Of a DNA stretch of 64,000 nucleotides, positions 31,939 to 41,000 are shown piece after piece. Position numbers and translations under genes: made by a program. Under the pieces are notes generated by a model. That model searched no databases and was not told where the DNA came from. It saw nothing but the letters and a program-made list of their open reading frames with translations. This stretch comes from an uncultured Chloroflexia bacterium (GTDB lineage Bacteria > Chloroflexota > Limnocylindria > Limnocylindrales > CSP1-4): the NCBI GenBank assembly GCA_963766735.1, contig CAVYBU010000003.1, forward strand, positions 32,001 to 96,000, in the 5' to 3' direction. How positions within the stretch are numbered: the first letter of the stretch is position 1; each line of letters opens with the position of its first letter.

Positions 31939-32618
31939 GCGGTGCCATCGTCAGCCCTGAGCTGCGGGCGAAGATCCGCGGCATGGTCACGCCGATCGCC
32001 CTCGCCATGGCCCGGGTGGGGCTCACCCCCAATGCGCTGACCCTCATCGGCTTTGCCATCGCGTGCGTCGCGGCCGTCGCGGCCGGCGCGCAGGCCTGGC
32101 TCATCGCCGGGTTCCTCGTCGTCTTTGGCGGCATCTTCGACCTGTTCGACGGTGCCGTGGCCCGGGCAACAGGCAAGGTCAGCAAGCTCGGAGCGTTCCT
32201 CGACTCCACCTTCGACCGGTGGGGCGAGGGTGTCGTCTACGTCGGCATCGCCTGGGGTGCGCTCGCGGCCGGATTCGACCTCGGCGCGGTCCTGGCTGCG
32301 GCGGCGATGACCTCCGCGTTCATGGTCAGCTATACGCGTGCCAAGGCCGAGAACATGGGCTTCACGTCCGGTTCGGGCATGGCGGCCGTCGGACTCGCCC
32401 CGCGTGAGGTCCGGATCGTCATCCTCACGATCGGCCTCGTTGCCGCCGGGTTGCTGCCGGGCTCCTATGCGGACATGGACGCGTCCGGCGCCATGGCCTA
32501 TCCGCCGTCCGCAATCGCGCTCGAGCTCTCGCTCGGGCTGATTGCCGTCCTCGCCACCATCACCACCATCCAGCGAATCCTCCACACCGTCCGCCAGGCG
32601 GACGACCAGCAGGGGTAG
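31935..32618 (+). CDS. CDP-alcohol phosphatidyltransferase (phosphatidylinositol-phosphate synthase-like)
   Basis: [34 protein letters not shown]; adjacent to ino1. Confidence 0.9.
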   Translation: MSGAIVSPELRAKIRGMVTPIALAMARVGLTPNALTLIGFAIACVAAVAAGAQAWLIAGFLVVFGGIFDLFDGAVARATGKVSKLGAFLDSTFDRWGEGVVYVGIAWGALAAGFDLGAVLAAAAMTSAFMVSYTRAKAENMGFTSGSGMAAVGLAPREVRIVILTIGLVAAGLLPGSYADMDASGAMAYPPSAIALELSLGLIAVLATITTIQRILHTVRQADDQQG

Positions 32619-32689
32619 TCCCGGGGCAACCGGCTGCGGCCGATTGCTGCCCGGGCAGCAGGGCTCATAGCAAGGAAAGGGAACGCACA

Positions 32690-33895
32690 TTGGACCAGCA
32701 GGAGACCACGAACGGGGCTGCCCCGGTGGCGCGTGATCGGAAGATCCGCGTCGCCATCGTCGGCGTTGGCAACTGCGCCAGCAGCCTCGTCCAGGGCCGC
32801 TACTACTACGAGAACGCCAAGCCCGAAGACTTCGTTCCGGGGCTGATGCACGTCAAGCTGGGCGACTACCACATCAGCGACGTGGAGTTCGTGGCCGCGT
32901 TCGACGTGGACAAGGAGAAGGTCGGCAAGGACATCTCCGAGGCGATCTTCTCGGGCCAGAACAACACCTTCAAGTTCATGGACGTCCCGCACATGGGCGT
33001 GACCGTGGACCGGGGAATGACCCACGACGGCCTGGGCAAGTACCTGTCCCAGGTGATCGAGAAGGCACCCGGACCCACGGCCGACGTCGTCGGGATCCTC
33101 AAGGAGCGCAAGGTCGACATGGTCGTCTCCTACCTCCCCGTCGGGAGCGAGGAGGCGACGAAGTGGTACGTGGAGCAGGCGCTGCAGGCCGGCGTCGGTT
33201 TCATCAACGCCATCCCGGTGTTCATCGGCCGTGAGCCCTACTGGCAGCGCAGGTTCGCCGAGAAGGGCCTGCCGGTCATCGGGGACGACATCAAGAGCCA
33301 GGTCGGCGCGACCATCTCGCACCGCGTGCTCACCCGCCTGTTCATGGACCGCGGTGTCCGCGTGGACCGCACCTACCAGCTGAACTTCGGCGGCAACACG
33401 GACTTCATGAACATGCTCGAGCGCGAGCGCCTGGAGTCGAAGAAGATCTCCAAGACCAACGCCGTCACGTCCATGCTCGACTACGAGCTGGAGGCGGGGA
33501 ACGTCCACGTCGGGCCGTCGGATTACGTGCCGTGGCTCCAGGACCGCAAGTACTGCTACATCGTGATGGAGGGGACGACCTTCGGTGACGTGCCGCTCAA
33601 GGCGGAGCTCAAATTGGAGGTCTGGGACAGCCCCAACAGCGCAGGTGTCATCATTGACGCCATCCGGTGTCTCCGGATCGGCCTCGACCGGGGCCTGAAG
33701 GGGACCCTGGTGGCACCGTCCAGCTACTTCATGAAGAGCCCGCCGCTCCAGGTCCACGACGACATCGCGTACAACCGCGTGGAGGCGTTCATCAGGGGCG
33801 ACGACAACGAGACGCTCGTGGGCAACGAGGAGTCGAAGAAGGACTCCAAGGCGCTCGCGACGGCAGCCCGCACGAAGGTGACCGCCACCAAGTGA
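32690..33895 (+). CDS. ino1: myo-inositol-1-phosphate synthase
   Basis: [58 protein letters not shown]; TTG start after AAGGAAAGGG. Confidence 0.95.
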   Translation: MDQQETTNGAAPVARDRKIRVAIVGVGNCASSLVQGRYYYENAKPEDFVPGLMHVKLGDYHISDVEFVAAFDVDKEKVGKDISEAIFSGQNNTFKFMDVPHMGVTVDRGMTHDGLGKYLSQVIEKAPGPTADVVGILKERKVDMVVSYLPVGSEEATKWYVEQALQAGVGFINAIPVFIGREPYWQRRFAEKGLPVIGDDIKSQVGATISHRVLTRLFMDRGVRVDRTYQLNFGGNTDFMNMLERERLESKKISKTNAVTSMLDYELEAGNVHVGPSDYVPWLQDRKYCYIVMEGTTFGDVPLKAELKLEVWDSPNSAGVIIDAIRCLRIGLDRGLKGTLVAPSSYFMKSPPLQVHDDIAYNRVEAFIRGDDNETLVGNEESKKDSKALATAARTKVTATK

Positions 33896-34902
33896 CGCAA
33901 CCCCAGCGACGGCTCGAGGCGCCCCACCGGCGCCTCGAATCCTCCCCGCGCCTGCTCGAGAAGGCGGCGGTCGTCGGCTACAAAGCCACGGCGGCCGCCC
34001 TTGCGCACCTGCCACCCCGGCTCTCGAGGGAGGTCATCGGCGGGTTCTCCCAGCTTGGCTACCTCGTCCTGCCGTCGAAGCGACGCTGGTCGAACCAGAA
34101 CTTCGGGCACGTGCTCGGCCTGCCACCCGAGCACCCGCGGGTGCGGCGCATGGCCCTCCGCGCGTACAGGGAGTACGCGACCTACATGGTGGAGCTGATG
34201 CGTCTGCCGTCCCGCCCGAAGGGCGAGGTCTCGATGCTGGTTGACGGCGGCGGCATCGACCGCATCATCGATGGCTGGCGGGCGTCCGGCCGGGCGGCGA
34301 TCGTGGTCGCCGGCCACGTCGGCAACAACGAAGCGGTGGCGGCTGCCGTGGCCTGGCGGGGGCTCCCCGCGAACGTCGTCGCGGACGACTCCTCGTTTCC
34401 CGAGATCTTCGAGATCCTCCGCCAGCAACGCGAGTCGTGGGGTGTCCACGTCGTACCGTGGCGCAACCTGCGCGAGATCTTCAAGGTCCTGCGCAACAAC
34501 GAGATCATGGCGCTCCTCGTGGACTGGGGCTACCGCAGCGACGGCATCCCGGTGAAGCTGTTCGGCGCCTGGACAACGCTTCCGGCAGGTCCGGCAACGC
34601 TCGCCGCCAAGACCGGCGCCGTGATCGCCCCGATGGCGGTCCGTCGCACGGTGGACGGCCGCTTCCGGGTGGATGGCGACGAGGTGTTCGCAGTTCCGTC
34701 TTCGAGCCCGGCCGATCTCCAGCGGGCCACCCAGCGGATCGCGGACGCGCTCCAGCGGACGATTGCCGCCGCGCCGGAGCAGTGGTACAGCTTCAAGCCG
34801 ATGTGGCCGTCGGACCCGGCGGAGGGGGTGGGGCTGGAGGCGCGCGCGGCCGCGATGCTCGCCGGCGATGCGGCCGAGACCAAAGGGGACGGGCGGCCGT
34901 GA
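33892..34902 (+). CDS. PatA/LpxL-family lipid acyltransferase 1
   Basis: [30 protein letters not shown]; GTGA overlap. Confidence 0.85.
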   Translation: MTQPQRRLEAPHRRLESSPRLLEKAAVVGYKATAAALAHLPPRLSREVIGGFSQLGYLVLPSKRRWSNQNFGHVLGLPPEHPRVRRMALRAYREYATYMVELMRLPSRPKGEVSMLVDGGGIDRIIDGWRASGRAAIVVAGHVGNNEAVAAAVAWRGLPANVVADDSSFPEIFEILRQQRESWGVHVVPWRNLREIFKVLRNNEIMALLVDWGYRSDGIPVKLFGAWTTLPAGPATLAAKTGAVIAPMAVRRTVDGRFRVDGDEVFAVPSSSPADLQRATQRIADALQRTIAAAPEQWYSFKPMWPSDPAEGVGLEARAAAMLAGDAAETKGDGRP

Positions 34903-35999
34903 CCGCTGCGCCGGCGATGCGCGACGTTGACGGCGTCACTGCCGATCCCGGGGCGACTGCGGGCACCGGCGGGTCGCCGGGCGCCGGCGGGACACCGCAG
35001 CGGGCTCCGCGGGCAGGCCTCCGCGGATCGCTGCTGCTGGCCGCGGCCCGCGTTCTCACCTGGCTGCCCGAGGCGCCGCTGGTCGCTGCGGCCGAAGCCA
35101 TCGGCGAGGTCTGGTACCGCGCCACCCCGCGTCGGGCCGCCCAGGCGCGCGCGAACCTGCGTCGGGCCTGCGAGGGGCTGGCGGCCCAGGGCCGCGGCAC
35201 GAGCCTCGCCCGTCGCGCGGCCACCGACCCGGATGCGCTGGAGCGGATCGTCCGCCGTTCGTATCGCCACGCCGTCCGCTACTACCTGGAGGTCGCCCGG
35301 ACCGGCGGGCTGACGGTCGAATCCGCTGCCGCGCGCATCGACGTCGACACCCCGGACGAGGTCCGGGACGCGCTGATGACGGGCCAGCCCGTGGTCATCG
35401 TGGGCATGCACTTCGGGGCCATCGAGCTGCCGACGGTCATCATCTCCAGCCTCGTTGGCCACAGGGTCACGGCGCCCATGGAGACGGTCGCGGACCCTGG
35501 CCTCCAGCGCTGGTTCGTCGAGTCCCGCAGCCGGGTCGGCGTCAACATCGTGCCGATCCGCGACGCCCGCCGCGCCCTCATGCGCGCGCTGCGCCGCCAC
35601 GAGTCCGTGGGGATGGTGGCCGACAGGGACATGCTGGGCAACGGTCTCCTGGTCCCCTTCTTCGGTCACCCGACCCCCATCTCGGCCGGCCCGGCGCTCC
35701 TGGCCATCGAGGCGGGGGTGCCGGTGTACGCGGGCTCCGCGCGCCGGGCGAGGGGCGGGCGGTATCGCGGGCGACTGATGCTGGTGCCCACCCCGGCGGA
35801 GGGATCGCGACGGGAGCGGATCGCGGCGCTGACAGCCTCGATCGCCGTGGCGTTCGAGTCCATCCTCGCCGACGGACCCGAGCAGTGGTGGGGGGCCTTT
35901 CACCCGATCTGGCCTGATCTCGTGCTGCATGACGCGGAGGCGGCAGATACGCCGACGTCCGTCGGGGGTCCGCCCGCATCCCGGGAGGGATCCGCGTGA
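34899..35999 (+). CDS. PatA/LpxL-family lipid acyltransferase 2
   Basis: MHFGAIE, VADRD..VPFFG..AGPALLA, PEQW..HPIWPDL. Confidence 0.85.
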   Translation: MTAAPAMRDVDGVTADPGATAGTGGSPGAGGTPQRAPRAGLRGSLLLAAARVLTWLPEAPLVAAAEAIGEVWYRATPRRAAQARANLRRACEGLAAQGRGTSLARRAATDPDALERIVRRSYRHAVRYYLEVARTGGLTVESAAARIDVDTPDEVRDALMTGQPVVIVGMHFGAIELPTVIISSLVGHRVTAPMETVADPGLQRWFVESRSRVGVNIVPIRDARRALMRALRRHESVGMVADRDMLGNGLLVPFFGHPTPISAGPALLAIEAGVPVYAGSARRARGGRYRGRLMLVPTPAEGSRRERIAALTASIAVAFESILADGPEQWWGAFHPIWPDLVLHDAEAADTPTSVGGPPASREGSA

Positions 36000-36817
36000 C
36001 CGCCGAACCGCTCGACCGGCTGGGCCGCGCCGACCTGCACATCCATACCTGGGCATCGGATGGGACTGCCTCGGTGGTCGAGGTCCTTGACCACGTGGAG
36101 CGCGAGGGCGTCCTTGACGTCATCGCCATCACCGATCATGAGCGGATCGACGCGGCCCTCGCGGGCCGGCAGATGGCGGCGGACCGGGGTCTCGGGTTCT
36201 CCGTGGTCGTGGGCGAGGAGATCTCCACGCGCGGCGGCCACCTCCTCGGGCTGTTCCTGGAGCGGCCGGTGCCCGCGCTCAAGAGCCTGCGCTGGTCGAT
36301 CGAGGCCGTTCATGACCAGGGTGGCCTCGCGATCCCGGCCCATCCGCTGGCCCCGCACCCGATGTCCGCCCAGGGCTTCGTGCTCAGACGGTTGCTTGCC
36401 TCGGATGACCCGGTCGTCCATCCGGACGCGATCGAGACGTTCAACCCCACGGCCTTTGGGCGGTACCGCCACGGCAACGTCGTCCGCACCGCGGCCGAGC
36501 TCGGCCTCCCTGAGTTCGGGGCCAGCGACGCCCACGCCCTGGCGGCCGTGGGAAGCGCCTGGACCACGTACCCGGGCCGCACTCCCGACGACATCCGCGC
36601 TGCGCTCCTCGCCCGGACCACGCGCCACCACGGGACCTTCCACGGCAGCGTGGGGCAGCTGGGCGTCTACGGCAACCAGCTGCGCAAGTACGGGCGGGGC
36701 TGGCGGGACGAGATCCTCGGCCGGGTGCGGCGGGACGGAACCGGCCGCGACCACGGCTACCCGGGCGGTCAGCTCCGGCCGCCGCGGTTCCCGGGGCCCG
36801 GGGAGTCGACGCGGTGA
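35996..36817 (+). CDS. PHP-family metal-dependent phosphoesterase
   Basis: DLHIHT..SDG, ITDHE, GEEIST..GHL, AHP, GASDAH (complete PHP metal ligand set). Confidence 0.9.
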   Translation: MTAEPLDRLGRADLHIHTWASDGTASVVEVLDHVEREGVLDVIAITDHERIDAALAGRQMAADRGLGFSVVVGEEISTRGGHLLGLFLERPVPALKSLRWSIEAVHDQGGLAIPAHPLAPHPMSAQGFVLRRLLASDDPVVHPDAIETFNPTAFGRYRHGNVVRTAAELGLPEFGASDAHALAAVGSAWTTYPGRTPDDIRAALLARTTRHHGTFHGSVGQLGVYGNQLRKYGRGWRDEILGRVRRDGTGRDHGYPGGQLRPPRFPGPGESTR

Positions 36818-38031
36818 AGATCGGCCTCGTCAGCCCGTACGTGTACCCGCTCCCGGGCGGCGTCACGCAGCACGTCCGGTACCTGTACGAGAACCTGCGC
36901 ATCCGCGGCCACGACGTCCGGATCCTGACTTCGTCCCACGGCCTGCAGCGCAGCTCCGAGGGTGACGTCATCCGGCTGGGCAAGGGCTTCTCGATGCCCG
37001 CCAACGGTTCGGTGGGAACGGTCACCGTCTCGCCCCGCTACATCTCGCAGGTCCGCGGGGTGCTCGAGCGCGAGAGGTTCGACGTCCTCCACTTCCACGA
37101 GCCGTTCGTGCCCTTCCTCTCGCTCGTCATCCTCCGCGAGTCGCAGAGCGTGAACGTGGCCACGTTCCACGCGTTCGGCGGCTGGTCGCCCGCCTACGAG
37201 TTCGGCAGCAGGGCGCTGCGTGGGTACGCGGATCGCCTCCACGGCCGGATCGCGGTCTCCGCGGCTGCCCGCCACTTCATCGACCGCTACTTTCCGGGCT
37301 ACTACAAGGTCATCCCCAACGGAGTCGACGTGGAGCGGTTCCAGCGGTCCGTGCCGCTGGCGCGCTGGCAGGACGGCACGCGGAACATCCTCTTCGTCGG
37401 GCGGTTCGAGCCCCGGAAGGGGCTGCTGGACCTGCTCAAGGCGTACCGGATCCTCCGCAAGATCGACAGCGGTTGCCGCCTGCTCGTGGTTGGCGGCGGG
37501 CCCCAGGAGCGCGAGGCGCGCCGCTACGTGGCCACCCGCCGCCTGGTCGGGGTGGAGTTCCTCGGGCGCGTCTCCGATGACGAGAAGGCCCAACTCTTCC
37601 GGACCACGGATGTCTACGTCTCGCCGGCGACGGGCGGGGAATCCTTCGGGATCGTCCTGCTGGAGGCGATGGCCTCCGGGGCCCCCATCGTGGCCTCGGA
37701 CATCCACGGCTACAAGGGCGTGGTTCGACGCGGACGCGAGGGCCTGCTGGTCCCGCCGCGGGAGCCCAAGCAGCTCGCGGCTGCGATGGCGCGCCTGTTG
37801 CGGGACCACGAGCTGGCCGCCCAGATGTCCGCCGCAGGTCCCCTGCGGGCGGAGGACTTCAGCTGGCCGCGGGTGACGGCCAAGGTGGACGACTACTACG
37901 GGTTCGTGATCCGACGGCTCGCGGCCACGGGCTCGCTTCCGCCTCACTTCACCGCCGACATCCCGCCGTCGCCGAGACAGGCGGCGACAGGCGGCGACGG
38001 GCCCGCCTCCTCCTCACCCAACGACGGGTAG
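36814..38031 (+). CDS. GT4 glycosyltransferase, PimA-like phosphatidylinositol mannosyltransferase
   Basis: MKIGLVSPY..PGGV..HV, PANGSV, LHFHEP, EPRKG, GGESFGIVLLEAMA closely follow PimA motifs. Confidence 0.85.
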   Translation: MKIGLVSPYVYPLPGGVTQHVRYLYENLRIRGHDVRILTSSHGLQRSSEGDVIRLGKGFSMPANGSVGTVTVSPRYISQVRGVLERERFDVLHFHEPFVPFLSLVILRESQSVNVATFHAFGGWSPAYEFGSRALRGYADRLHGRIAVSAAARHFIDRYFPGYYKVIPNGVDVERFQRSVPLARWQDGTRNILFVGRFEPRKGLLDLLKAYRILRKIDSGCRLLVVGGGPQEREARRYVATRRLVGVEFLGRVSDDEKAQLFRTTDVYVSPATGGESFGIVLLEAMASGAPIVASDIHGYKGVVRRGREGLLVPPREPKQLAAAMARLLRDHELAAQMSAAGPLRAEDFSWPRVTAKVDDYYGFVIRRLAATGSLPPHFTADIPPSPRQAATGGDGPASSSPNDG

Positions 38032-38038
38032 CGGTCGA

Positions 38039-41000
38039 TCAGGCGGTTCCTGATCCCCCAGCAGGGCTGCCGGCGTCCCCTGACGCATCGCCGTCCTGCA
38101 GACCGTTGGCCGGCCCGTCCTCCGGCCCGTCCGCGAGCGACTGGCGCCAGACCCAGGCGGAGTAGGCGACCACGCAGCAGGCGATGGTGAGGAAGACGAC
38201 CAGCAGCGCGAGCTTCGGGTCCGCGAAGGAGATCGCCCCGGCGCGGTCCACGGTGTTCACGGAGAACTGGAACGCGTAGATGTACGTCGGCAGCAGGCCC
38301 TGGTAGGCGTTGACCATCGCGGCCGGGAGGGGCAGCGCCGAGATGTTCGGGTAGAGGATCACGAACCAGACCGCCGCCGCCGCCAGGAGTCCTGCAACGA
38401 ACCGCCGACCGTCCCGGGCGGTGACCACCTGGAGGGCGACCAACCCCAGCGGGATCGCGACGACCAGGGCGATGACCTCCGGGATGAGCCCCGGGATTGA
38501 GAGCAGTGGATCGGTCGCTGGCAGGAGCCAGGCGAGAACGAGCGCCGCGACGCCAACGGCCGCCGCAACGCCGAGGGACACGAAGTTCCGTGGCTCCGTT
38601 GTCCGCCCATCGGCGGCTGGCCGGCCGAGGACGAGGAGGAGGCGGACCAGCACGATCACGATGACGAGAATCCCGGTCACCAGCGCGGCCGCCGACGGGG
38701 TCACCACAAGATTGCCGGGATTGCCGTTGCAGGCCTGGGAACCCGCGTTGACGGACTCGACGCCCGCCAGGGCACACAGCGGCAGCCGCAGCACCCACAG
38801 GATCACGGGCCCCATGAGGGCCACGGCGGCGGCCACCCTCGCCAGCTGCCAGGTGCGCCGCGACGCCCCGTGCCAGACCTCGGCGACGAAATAGGCGAGC
38901 GCCGCGACTGCGAACGGCAGGCTCGTGTAGTAGTGGTACTGGAATGCGGCACGGTCGATACGCGCCCAGGAGACCCACTGGGCCAGGAACGCGATCAGGA
39001 TCAGCGCCAGCGCGAGGCTCCGGCGCCTGAACGCCTGGTAGGCCACGAAGACCATCGCCGGGATGCTCATCCACCAGATCACCATGTTGCCGGCGTCGTA
39101 GATGGCGCCCGCGGTATCCCCGGCGAAGCTGCCCTGATAGAACCAGACCGGCTTGAGGTTGAGCGGCCATGCCCACCACGGAGAGCTGGCTGCATGGGCC
39201 GCCGTGAGGTTGTTGTGGTAGCGATACATCTCGCCGGTGAGCGCGACGAGCGTCTGGCCGTCGTTGCCGGCCGGCCACCCGGCCACGATCTGGTGGCCCT
39301 CGATGAATGCCCATGGCAGATACGACGCGACGTAGACGCCCAGCGGGATCGCCAGCAGACAGACCACCATCCAGACGACCGGCAGGCCGAGGCCCGCGCC
39401 CAGGCGTGGCCAGCCCTCCGCCGGCGGGGAAGCCTTGGGGACCCGGCTTCGGACGTCACCGCGGTCGGATGTCGGCGCCGTCGGCCCGAAGCCGAACCGG
39501 GCGGCCAGCTGGAACGCCCCGTAGGCGACCAGGCCCACGGCGACCAGCGCGAACCCAACCGCGAGCGGCGTGACCACGAACGGCCCCGCGACGATCTCCG
39601 CATCGGCCATGCCCAGCGCGATGGCGGTGAATGCGACGAGGATCCCCAGAACGGGCGGGCCGCCGATCGCCAGGCGCACCTCGTCGTCTGACCACGAGAT
39701 CGGGTGGTAGACCGTCACCACCACCGTACTCAGCGTGAGCCCGATCATGACCAGCGCGAACACGAGGTTGCCGGAGGCCGTGCTGCCTTCGGGGACCGCG
39801 AGGCCCATCCAGCCCAGCACGCACGTCAGGGCGATCATGGCCACGATGAGCAGCAGGCGGCCCAGCGCGGAGCGGATCAGCACCAGGATCCCGAGCGCCC
39901 CGATCGCATACGCCGCCACCCACTTGGACGACAGTGCGAGCCCCAGCAGCACCCCGACCACGGGCATCAGGAGCACAAACGCCCGCCACGAACGCTGCCG
40001 GATCCAGAGCCAGGCGAAGACGAGGTACGCCGCGAGGATGAAGAAGCCGGTGAAGACGTCGTTCATCGCGATCCGGCTCTGCACGAAGAACATCCCGTCC
40101 AGGAGCACGAACAGCCCGACCAGGACCCCGACCGTGCGGCGCCGGAACAGGATCCGGCCCAGCAGGAACAGCACGCCGACGGTGAGGGCCCCGAAGATCA
40201 CGCCCGGCAGACGCCAGGCGAACGGGTAGCTGCCCACGTCGACCGAGGCGGCCTCGCCCCCGGAGCCGAACGCGAGGATCGCACCCCGGCTGGTGGCGGG
40301 GTAGTCCCCGTTGTGGTCGAGGACCCACGCCGCGGATGAGAACGCGAGCCGGTGATCGGCAAAGACCGCCTTGCCGTGCGGCTCCACCACGTAGATGGTC
40401 TGCCCCGAACCGTCCGGGGCCGTGCCCAAAACTTCCACGAGCTCGGCGGCCGCATCGAAGACGAGCCGCGTCCCGGCGCCCGGCAGCTGGAAGGTGGTCG
40501 TGACAGTCGGCCCGTCCTTCGCCTGGTCGCCGGAGACCGCGACGACGGCCACCTGCGGGTCGCCGGTCCCGACGTCGGTGGTGGTGACGTAGAGCTGGTT
40601 GCCCTCGTCCACGCCTGTCACCAGCACCGACGACGTGGCGCCGCCTTCCAGGGGGATCGACCCGGCACGGGTCCCGCCTACAGTCACGAGCTCCACGCCG
40701 GCAGAGGCCGCTGCGGCAATGAGCGGCGTGCCGGCGACCTGGACGCCGGGGACCCGGCCGTCGTCGATCGCCGCCTGCAGGTCCGTCCGAAGCTGGTCCG
40801 TGAGCGTGATGTCCAGGACGACCGTCTCGGCGTCGACCTCCGAGAGGGCGCCGACGAAGCGAGCGGCGTCGGTGCCGGTGATCGTGGCCAGCTCGTCAGC
40901 CACGGCGGCCGGGTCCGTGACGTCGATCGGCGTGGCCACGACGGCGTCACCGTCGCCCATCGGGGCCATGTCGGCCACCCCGGCCACGACGAGCGAGCCG

